The position numbers and the translations under genes were made by a program. From a virus (taxonomy: Duplodnaviria; Caudoviricetes), in IMG/VR virus record IMGVR_UViG_3300049000_000067, positions 1 to 51,082 of that record: a stretch of 51,082 nt of DNA; one strand, 5' to 3'. The notes under the pieces were generated by a model. It ran no database searches and had not been told where the DNA came from. It saw nothing but the letters and a program-made list of their open reading frames with translations. Positions 43,660-51,082 of the stretch are shown piece after piece. The number at the start of each line of letters is the position of its first letter. The stretch's first letter is position 1.

Positions 43660-46600
43660 TGAGCAGCGTCGTTCTCTACTCGAAGACCAAGGTCAAGATC
43701 AAGACCAAGGTGAAGATCAAGACCTCGGTCACCGCGGCCTGGTCGGACAACATGCACCTGGAGCGGCTCCAATCGTCGATCCAGCTCAACCAGACCTCGG
43801 TGTCGAGCACCCAGGGGACCGACACCCAGCGGTTCTGGGCCACCCCGGACCGGGACTGCGACGACGACTCCGACGAGTGCATGGAGGTCGCCCTCTCCAC
43901 CGTCCGGCTGGTCAACCACATCACCTTCGACCTGGCGAAGTTCCCGCACGGCTGCTGGCTGGAGTACTACGACGACGACCGCAACGACTGGTTCCCGTTG
44001 CAGCGCGCGGACCGGGACCGCGAGGAGGACTGCTACCACGAGATCTCCGAGTGCAACCCGCCGGTGATCCCGTCCGTCGGCACCATCAACGGGCACTACC
44101 ACCCGCAGCACTCGTACTCGGGGCATTGGGAGTCCACCGAGTGGTACTGCCGCCCGGTCCGGTTCAAGCGGATCCGGGTCATGCTGCGCCGCCACAACCG
44201 CGGCCGGAACCCCTGCAACTCGCTCGGCAAGCGGATCGCCTACTCGCTGGCCGTGCGCGCGTTCTACTGCGGCTACAAGGTCTACTCGCTGGACTGCGTG
44301 CCGACCCCGCAGCCGGTGCTGACCAGCTACACCGAGCACCAGGAGATCGCCAGCACCACCGACATCCTGGGCTCGCAGGTCTCCTACAGCTACCGGGTCA
44401 ACCGGGCCAGCAACATCCTGCTGAACGACCCGAACGCCCCGGGCGAGACGCTGATCTGGCGCTCGGAACCGCAGCCGTTCCCGGAGGCGGTGGTCAACTA
44501 CTTCATGGACGTGCGGGATAACGACGGCGAGCCGCAGGTGCTCGATCGGTTCTACATCGACCCGCTGACCGACGGCGCCAACGTCAACCTCTACTACTCC
44601 GACGACGAGCCCGACGACGACTTCGAGGCCCCCGACGAGCCGCTGCCCCCGCAGGTCGTGGTGCCCGCCGGACAGCTCGCCCAGAGCGACCCCCTGGGGG
44701 CCAACGACCAGACCTTCGGCCGGGTTGGCTGGGTGGACGTCGACAACGGGCCGCTGTGCTTCCGCCCGGCCCGCAAGTGGTGGTTCGGCGCCCGGCTGAA
44801 CTGGAAGTTCCTGCGCTCGCTGGACATCCTCGATCACCCGATCTTCGACTGCGGCGCCTTCCATCTCGCCTGGACCCGGTACGGCCTGCGGTTCGCCACC
44901 GAGCACGGCGACTACTTCCACGTCGACTGCGACAACTTCGACCCGGCCACCGACTTCACCTTTATGACCTGGCACACCGAGAGCGAAGTGCACACCCGCA
45001 TCCGGGTGAATGGTCAGTACTTCTACGCGTCACGGTCGTTGTCGGTCTCGCTGACCACCACGACCATTGCCAAGATGCGCATCGCCGGGTTCATGTCGAG
45101 CACCACCATTTCGGCCGACTTCCGGTTCAAGCACATGGTGCTGAAGGTCGACCAGCACATGGACGACGACACGTGCTTCGACTTCCTCCGGGACCCCGAG
45201 CCGTATTGCGTCAAGCCCGAATTCAGGGTCTACGACAAATTCAAGACGAACAACGCCATTCTCCGGTACAACCCCGGCTTCGTCTCCCCCGACTACCCGG
45301 TGGGGCTGAAGGGCGGCGGGCCGACCAAGTACTCGAATATGGAATGGGCGCCGGTCGCCCGGGATTATGTGCTGCGCAAGGGCTTCATGTACTTCCCCCC
45401 GACCAAGGCGAAGTACTGGAAGTTCGAGTTCTGCGGGCTCACCCCGGAGCCCTACGAGGTCTACGTCCCGATCAAGAAGACGGTGAAGACCTACCGCACC
45501 GAGATGTGGATGGTGCCGGACCCGGTGCCGGTGGTGGCCAAGAAGATCGCCGTGCTGGTGCCGGGTATCTCGGTGTCGGTCAACGTCGGGGTCAGCGTGA
45601 GCTTCCGCAGCTCGACCTCGATCAAGGTGAACGCGAGCAACGGCTCGGTCTCGGTCAAGGGCTACAGCTCCACCTCGGTCCGGGTGGCCACCAGCGTCTC
45701 GGTGCAGGTGAAGCTCAACAGCGTCTCGTGGGTCTGGGGCTTCGTCCCGGCGCACCCACCGACCTACACCCCGCGGTTCGAGACGAAGTGCGTGCACGAG
45801 TACGACTACATCGAGGTCGAGCAGAAGACCAAGATCGGCTACTACGTCGGGCTGAAGAGCGTGCAGCCCTACCGGGTGAGCTACGTGGCGGTCGATGACG
45901 CCGCCCAGTACACCGAGCTGTTCCAGGACCGGGCCAGCCTCGACGTCGACTCCGGCTGGCAGCTGACCGCCGACCATGAGCTGACCTCCGGCGACTCGCG
46001 CTACGCCCAGGTGCAGAGCCGGATCCTGCGCTCGAACCGGATGGTGCGCGCGGTGCAGTTCGCCACCACCCAGACCGCGCCCAACCAGCTGCTGCCCGAC
46101 GACGACTTCGACTCCGCTGAGCCCGCCGACAACTGGCGCGAGGTCGGCGACGGCACGATGGCGCCGTTCACCTCCCACGACGAGCGGCTGGGCTCGACGC
46201 TGCGGGTGGACCGCTCCTCGCGCGAACCGAGCTGGTCGGAGATGAACAGCAACCTGATCTACACCACATGGACCTCGGTCGAAGGCCGGACCTGGAACGC
46301 GGTGCAGAGCAGCGGTAACCCGGCGCAGGCCTTCGGCGGCATCGAGAACAAGGTCGCCGCGGTGACCCCGCCCGGGGGCCGGATCTACGCCGCCGCTCGG
46401 GCGGTGGCCCCGGCCGACCTGACCAGTCCGCTCTACGTCCAGATCATCGACGACGAGACCGGGCGGGTGCTCTCCGAGTCCGGCGCCGAGGTCAAGGCGA
46501 ACACGATCACCGAGTGGGTCACCAGCTACACCATCGGCGAGGGCGGCGAGGCGCTCGCCTGGCGCTGGCGGGACTTCTCCAGCAACCCGGTCTACCCGAC

Positions 46601-48437
46601 CTATGTGGACAACTTCAGCCGCGCCAACTCGCCCAGCTTGGGCAATCTGCTGACCAATCAGGCCTGGCTCACCACAACGACCTCCGCGGGCACCCACGCG
46701 ATCGTCTCCAACGAGGCCGTGACCACGGTCGACAACCAGTACGACTACGTGGAAGCGCTGACCCCCTGGGGCACCCTGGAGATGTCGATCGGCGCCATGG
46801 GGTCGGGCACCGCTCGGCCGCTGATGAACTTCAGCCCGATCACCATCGGCGACGACGGCGTGATCAACTACACCGGCGGGCGCTCGGCACTTCCCGCGAC
46901 CACCGTGCTGGGTCGCGCGGTGCAGGTCGGTGACGCGGTCCGCGTCGACATCATGCCGATGGCGCAGGTGCCCACGAACCGGCGTCCGGCGGGCTGGACC
47001 GACAACGTCACCGCCCCGTACGCGCTGCTGTTCTACCTGAACGGCACCTGGGTCACGACCGTCGGGCACCGGCACGGCTCGCGCACCCGGCGCGGCTTCC
47101 AGGGGCGGGTCAACCAGCACTACCGCTCGTTCGCTTGGACCCCGGGCATCTACGGCCCGTTGCCGGGCCCGGTGAGCGCGCTGCTACCGGTAGGTGCCAA
47201 CGGCTCGTTCGACGCCCAGCGGCTCACCTGGACCGACAACGAGGGGTTCGTCTGGGCCACCACCGGCACCCTGGACAACACCACCACCGCGGGTGTGCTG
47301 ACCTTCACCAGCGCGGGCGCCCGGATCGTCACCGACACCCGCTACTGGTACGGCGCGCTCTCCGCGGGGGTGCGCACGGTGGCCGCGGGTACCGGTGGCA
47401 AGCACGGCGACGTGCTGGTGCTCGACGCCGACGCGGGCGTCACCCTGGACGCGCTGGGCAACGTCATGGTCAGCGGTGTCAGCCAGGGCAACCTCATCCC
47501 GGGTGGGGTGACCAGCAACTCGCTGGTGCAGGTGCAGTTCCTGGACACCAAGAGTGTGGCGGCTTCGGTGCGCGGCTCGATCGACCCGGCCGTCTACCCG
47601 AAGATGCTGCTGGCCCGGGTCAACGGCACCCAGGTCGGCGTGCTCGCCACCGCGGCGATGCAGAACTGGCAGGGCACCAAGCGCGGCCTGGCCGGGGACA
47701 TCTACATCGGCACCGCCGGTACCCCGATCGCGGACTACCACACCGCGTTCGACTCCTGGTGCTGGGCGCCGGACGCGAGCAACGTGCCGGTGGATCCGAA
47801 GGCGCCGAAGTGGGACGAGGTCAGCCAGAAGGCCACCGGCACCTACGACTCGATGGCGCAGTTCCTGACCTTGAACACCGGCAAGCTGCGTGCCCGGGTG
47901 ATCCAGCGTGGACCCTCGATCGACGCCTGGGACATGGACACCCTGAGCCTGTTCGCGGACCCGATCGTGTGGTCGTTCTCCAACGACGGCGGGCTGACCT
48001 TCTTCAACGCCTACGACATCAAGAACGACCCGAACGGCGTGCTGGTCTTCCCGGACAACGTGGTGCTGTCGGCGACCACCTCGACGCAGGCCGCCGGGGC
48101 CAACCCGGGGCAGGCGCTGGTCTGGCGGGCGATCTCCTACGCGCCCCACCAGAAGATCTCCGCGCTGACCATCCGGCCGTGGTACGGCGGGCTGCTGTCC
48201 GGCGTCACGCACCGGGTCGGGCTGGCCGCGGGCGGGCCCAACCAGATGCCCTACGACCACTACCCACCGATCGAGGAGGACGGGCGGTTCCAGGTCTGGC
48301 ACGGCCCCGTCCCGCAGGACTGGTTCTACCAGTTCAGGATCTTGAGGCGGACGGTCGACGAGGTCGTTCCGCGACCGAAGGTGCTGCTGCTGCCGGAGAG
48401 CCTCACCAGCAAGTACAAGAGCGAGCAGGGAGGCTGA
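43659..48437 (+). CDS. Large baseplate / tail-fibre-base protein (1592 aa)
   Basis: TGATG coupling; beta-rich multidomain protein; DNFSRAN motif; WSFSNDGG.TF; position after the wedge genes. Confidence 0.7.
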   Translation: MSSVVLYSKTKVKIKTKVKIKTSVTAAWSDNMHLERLQSSIQLNQTSVSSTQGTDTQRFWATPDRDCDDDSDECMEVALSTVRLVNHITFDLAKFPHGCWLEYYDDDRNDWFPLQRADRDREEDCYHEISECNPPVIPSVGTINGHYHPQHSYSGHWESTEWYCRPVRFKRIRVMLRRHNRGRNPCNSLGKRIAYSLAVRAFYCGYKVYSLDCVPTPQPVLTSYTEHQEIASTTDILGSQVSYSYRVNRASNILLNDPNAPGETLIWRSEPQPFPEAVVNYFMDVRDNDGEPQVLDRFYIDPLTDGANVNLYYSDDEPDDDFEAPDEPLPPQVVVPAGQLAQSDPLGANDQTFGRVGWVDVDNGPLCFRPARKWWFGARLNWKFLRSLDILDHPIFDCGAFHLAWTRYGLRFATEHGDYFHVDCDNFDPATDFTFMTWHTESEVHTRIRVNGQYFYASRSLSVSLTTTTIAKMRIAGFMSSTTISADFRFKHMVLKVDQHMDDDTCFDFLRDPEPYCVKPEFRVYDKFKTNNAILRYNPGFVSPDYPVGLKGGGPTKYSNMEWAPVARDYVLRKGFMYFPPTKAKYWKFEFCGLTPEPYEVYVPIKKTVKTYRTEMWMVPDPVPVVAKKIAVLVPGISVSVNVGVSVSFRSSTSIKVNASNGSVSVKGYSSTSVRVATSVSVQVKLNSVSWVWGFVPAHPPTYTPRFETKCVHEYDYIEVEQKTKIGYYVGLKSVQPYRVSYVAVDDAAQYTELFQDRASLDVDSGWQLTADHELTSGDSRYAQVQSRILRSNRMVRAVQFATTQTAPNQLLPDDDFDSAEPADNWREVGDGTMAPFTSHDERLGSTLRVDRSSREPSWSEMNSNLIYTTWTSVEGRTWNAVQSSGNPAQAFGGIENKVAAVTPPGGRIYAAARAVAPADLTSPLYVQIIDDETGRVLSESGAEVKANTITEWVTSYTIGEGGEALAWRWRDFSSNPVYPTYVDNFSRANSPSLGNLLTNQAWLTTTTSAGTHAIVSNEAVTTVDNQYDYVEALTPWGTLEMSIGAMGSGTARPLMNFSPITIGDDGVINYTGGRSALPATTVLGRAVQVGDAVRVDIMPMAQVPTNRRPAGWTDNVTAPYALLFYLNGTWVTTVGHRHGSRTRRGFQGRVNQHYRSFAWTPGIYGPLPGPVSALLPVGANGSFDAQRLTWTDNEGFVWATTGTLDNTTTAGVLTFTSAGARIVTDTRYWYGALSAGVRTVAAGTGGKHGDVLVLDADAGVTLDALGNVMVSGVSQGNLIPGGVTSNSLVQVQFLDTKSVAASVRGSIDPAVYPKMLLARVNGTQVGVLATAAMQNWQGTKRGLAGDIYIGTAGTPIADYHTAFDSWCWAPDASNVPVDPKAPKWDEVSQKATGTYDSMAQFLTLNTGKLRARVIQRGPSIDAWDMDTLSLFADPIVWSFSNDGGLTFFNAYDIKNDPNGVLVFPDNVVLSATTSTQAAGANPGQALVWRAISYAPHQKISALTIRPWYGGLLSGVTHRVGLAAGGPNQMPYDHYPPIEEDGRFQVWHGPVPQDWFYQFRILRRTVDEVVPRPKVLLLPESLTSKYKSEQGG

Positions 48438-48440
48438 CCC

Positions 48441-50045
48441 ATGGGTCGCGCACACCTCTACCGGCCGATCACGGACTCGGAAGGCAATATCGTCCCGAAC
48501 ACCAAGATCACGGTGTACGAGGCCGGGACGAGCACGCTGCTCGCGCAGGCGCTCTACAAGCAGGCGGTCGGCTCGCCGATCTGGGACAACCCGCACACCA
48601 GCTCCGACGGCTACGTCGAGTTCTACCTCGACCGGCCGCAGTCGGTGCGCATCGGGCTGGTCGTGCAGGGCGCCACCGAGACCTATGTGGACGACATCCC
48701 GGTGCTGCCCTCGCCGGAGAACCTGGTGCAGGCCGACCACGCCTTCCAGGTGCTCAACGCGCCCACCCCGGGGTTCTTCCTCCAGGCCGGGAGCCCCGGC
48801 CAGGCCGCCTGGGTGGATGCGGGGGACCTGGTCAACTCCAAGCCGTCGCCGCTGCACCAGATCTACAGCTACGACTTCAGCGGCAGCGACACCGAGGACC
48901 TGGTGCTCGCCGACCCGGGCGGGGTGACGGTTGTCCCGACGTTCGTGGACGTCACCGCGGACACCAAGCCGCTGGGCTGGACCTTCACCGGTGCCGTGCA
49001 GCTGCCCACCAGCTCGGTCGTGACGGTCACGGTGCCCCCGATGACCTGGGCCGAGTCCGGCACGTTGATCTTCCTCTACAAGGTCGTCTCGGCCAATGCC
49101 GGAGTCGGCGCCGCCCGGCTGAAGGCCTCGGTGGACAACGACCTGCTCTACGCCGAGACCCCGGTCGCCGCTGACCTGTGCAACGTCTGGTCGGTGGGCT
49201 ACCTCGACGAGATCCCGTCCGGCACCCACCGGATCACGCTCACGCACACGCCGGGCACCGACCTGGCCAGCTCTGTGCTGCTGGGCCCGATCTGGCTCCA
49301 GTACGGCAACAACATCCCGGCCCACGACCACCCGGGCTCGGCCGCCCAGACGGTCCGGCTCGGCGTGGGTGCGCTGGCCGACTTCCTCGGCGCCACCGCG
49401 GTCGGGGCCAACGCCAAGGCACTCGGCACCAACGCGAGCGCGCTGGGTTCGGCCGCACAGGCACAGCAGGCCGGTACCGCGCTCGGCGCGCTGGCCGTCT
49501 CCGGCGGCGACGGAGTGGCGTTGGGCTACCGGGCCAGCACGCTGAACGTGTCCGGCGCGGTGGCCATCGGCAAGGACTCGGCGAGCACCGGTGACGCCGG
49601 GGTCGCCATCGGCCCCACAGCGCGCGCTCAGGGCGCGAACGGGGTGGCGGTGGGTTCCGGGGCCCGGACCGGTTCCCCGGCCGACAGCGTGGCGCTGGGG
49701 GCCAACGCGCAGGCCCTGGCGTACCGCTCGGTGGCGCTCGGGCAGGGGGCGCTGGTGGCGGCCGGACACGACTACTCGATCGCCATCGGCAACGGGGTCG
49801 CGACCACCGCGGATCACCAGGCCCGGATCGGCGACGCCGCGACCACCGTGGTGATCCCCGGCAGCTTCCGACAGGTCGGCGGCAGCGCGCTGTTCGGCGC
49901 CGCGGACAAGAAGCTCGGCTTCTACGGCTCGGCCGGGATCAACCGGCCCACGATCACCGGCTCCCGGGGCGGCAACGCCACCCTGGCCGGGCTCCTGACC
50001 CAGCTCGCCTCGCTGGGTCTCATCGTGGACGGGACGACCGTATGA
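48441..50045 (+). CDS. Tail fibre protein with YadA-head-like repeats (534 aa)
   Basis: GGGAGG RBS; tandem ~14-residue A.ALG/VAIG repeats. Confidence 0.75.
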   Translation: MGRAHLYRPITDSEGNIVPNTKITVYEAGTSTLLAQALYKQAVGSPIWDNPHTSSDGYVEFYLDRPQSVRIGLVVQGATETYVDDIPVLPSPENLVQADHAFQVLNAPTPGFFLQAGSPGQAAWVDAGDLVNSKPSPLHQIYSYDFSGSDTEDLVLADPGGVTVVPTFVDVTADTKPLGWTFTGAVQLPTSSVVTVTVPPMTWAESGTLIFLYKVVSANAGVGAARLKASVDNDLLYAETPVAADLCNVWSVGYLDEIPSGTHRITLTHTPGTDLASSVLLGPIWLQYGNNIPAHDHPGSAAQTVRLGVGALADFLGATAVGANAKALGTNASALGSAAQAQQAGTALGALAVSGGDGVALGYRASTLNVSGAVAIGKDSASTGDAGVAIGPTARAQGANGVAVGSGARTGSPADSVALGANAQALAYRSVALGQGALVAAGHDYSIAIGNGVATTADHQARIGDAATTVVIPGSFRQVGGSALFGAADKKLGFYGSAGINRPTITGSRGGNATLAGLLTQLASLGLIVDGTTV

Positions 50046-51082
50046 CGCTGACCACGCGCCCCCGCCTGTATCTGCCGCTCCGGGACGAGAAGGGCGACCT
50101 GCTGCTGTTCGCCCGGGTGCGGATCTACGAGATCGACGGCAAGACCCCGTACACCGGCAAGATCTACCGCGACGGCACCTCGCCGAAGACCTGGTCGAAC
50201 CCGTTCGTGGCCGCCCCCGCGCTGGTCTCGGCCTACTTCACCGAGCCGGTGCGGATCCGTCTGGGTGTGCAGCCGGACCTGTCCACGCCGGAGAAGATCG
50301 GCGACCCGATCGATGTCACCTTCGACGCCGACCTCGCTGTGGACACCCTGTTTGCGCAGCGCATCGTGGGCAGCTGGCAGGACAACGGGCTGCTCTGCGG
50401 AGTGGACAGCAGCTCCGCGTTCTGGAAGCCGCTGCGGGTCGACCACGAGCACGCGACGATCGCCCCGGACAGCATCCTGGTGGGCGCCAGCGACAAGCTG
50501 CTGCGCCAGGTCGGATCCTTCCCCGACACCACCACGGTCGGCGCCGACACCGGCGGCTGGGGCGCCTACAGCGGGCTGCGGCACGCAGTCATGTTCGGCT
50601 CGATCGCCGACGGCTACGGCCGGGGCACGGTCACCCTGGGCCGCAACGCCACCGCCGAGGAGGGCTCGCCCAGCCCGTGGCACGGGGGCGCGCTGGCGGT
50701 CGGGCGGGACTCCTTCTCCCGAGACGAGGCCACCGCCATCGGTGCGCTCACCTCCGCCGGGCCGCGCACGGTGGCCGCCGGACGGAGCACCTCGGTCCCG
50801 GTCGCCGATGCGGTGGCGCTCGGCGCCGGAGCCAACCCGGCCACCAACGGGGTGGCGCTCGGCGCCGGGACGGGCTCCAGCTCCCGCGGCATGCCGGGCT
50901 CGATCGGCGTCGGCGCCGGAGCCCAGTACGGGCTGCCGTCGAGCACCGACCCGGGCGACACCGCGGTGCTGCTCGGCGCCTACGACTCGACGCGCGCCCG
51001 GGCGATGCCGTGGACCAACCCCAACGGCAGCCAGTCGGAGAGCCCCTGGGACGAGTACACCCCGGCGATGGGCTTCACCGGC
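50042..51082 (+). CDS. Second YadA-like tail fibre protein, 3'-truncated (absent from the ORF track)
   Basis: ATGA overlap; MTLTTRPRLYLPLRDEKGDLL...NPF...YF..P..IRLG parallels the N-terminus of 48441; AVALGAGA repeats; no stop before the window end. Confidence 0.75.
   Translation, partial: MTLTTRPRLYLPLRDEKGDLLLFARVRIYEIDGKTPYTGKIYRDGTSPKTWSNPFVAAPALVSAYFTEPVRIRLGVQPDLSTPEKIGDPIDVTFDADLAVDTLFAQRIVGSWQDNGLLCGVDSSSAFWKPLRVDHEHATIAPDSILVGASDKLLRQVGSFPDTTTVGADTGGWGAYSGLRHAVMFGSIADGYGRGTVTLGRNATAEEGSPSPWHGGALAVGRDSFSRDEATAIGALTSAGPRTVAAGRSTSVPVADAVALGAGANPATNGVALGAGTGSSSRGMPGSIGVGAGAQYGLPSSTDPGDTAVLLGAYDSTRARAMPWTNPNGSQSESPWDEYTPAMGFTG

Noticed and set aside
28252-48437. Extracellular contractile injection system or tailocin
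   Set aside because: Protease, scaffold, capsid and neck genes are present, so this is a phage morphogenesis module.
92-49174. Alternative-frame plus-strand ORFs and over-long N-termini in the ORF track (e.g. 9227, 23202, 24225, 26198, 27067, 37700)
   Set aside because: Arg/Pro-rich off-frame translations; real starts were reassigned using RBS and stop/start overlaps.
1-51082. tRNA/rRNA genes, integrase, transposase, introns or inteins
   Set aside because: Intergenic gaps are short and explained by hairpins and the motif; no such signatures were recognised by eye. Prophage versus free phage cannot be decided from this window.

Overview
This window is the virion-morphogenesis region of a large, high-GC contractile-tailed (myovirus) phage, most likely an actinobacteriophage. 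The gene order and proteins resemble, from memory only, the Mycobacterium cluster C / Rhodococcus E3 type. Every credible gene is on the + strand. The order is: a truncated multidomain head-module protein (SWIM zinc finger + Nudix hydrolase); four membrane proteins; a prohead protease; a scaffold-like protein; capsid decoration and major capsid proteins; two long repeat-rich fibres, each followed by a small tip-like partner; neck proteins; tail sheath and tube; tail assembly chaperones with a -1 frameshift; tape measure; a baseplate hub with two peptidoglycan hydrolase domains; baseplate wedge proteins; and YadA-like tail fibres. Four signals stand out. (1) A bipartite motif, CCTGTC-N20/21-GAAGAAGTGAAGGG, occurs 7-8 times in front of modules and is a probable phage-specific late promoter. 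(2) The protease frame continues in the +1 frame into a start-less Zn-ribbon/acidic ORF, with two strong hairpins bracketing the stop codon, which suggests programmed recoding. (3) Enzymatic cargo domains (Nudix, SWIM, an HhH-glycosylase-like domain) are embedded in head proteins and bounded by recurrent (R/K/H)TA motifs, suggesting protease-released, virion-packaged effectors. (4) Fibre repeats are near-identical in protein but strongly recoded at synonymous sites. All calls come from motif reading and gene order; no database search was run.
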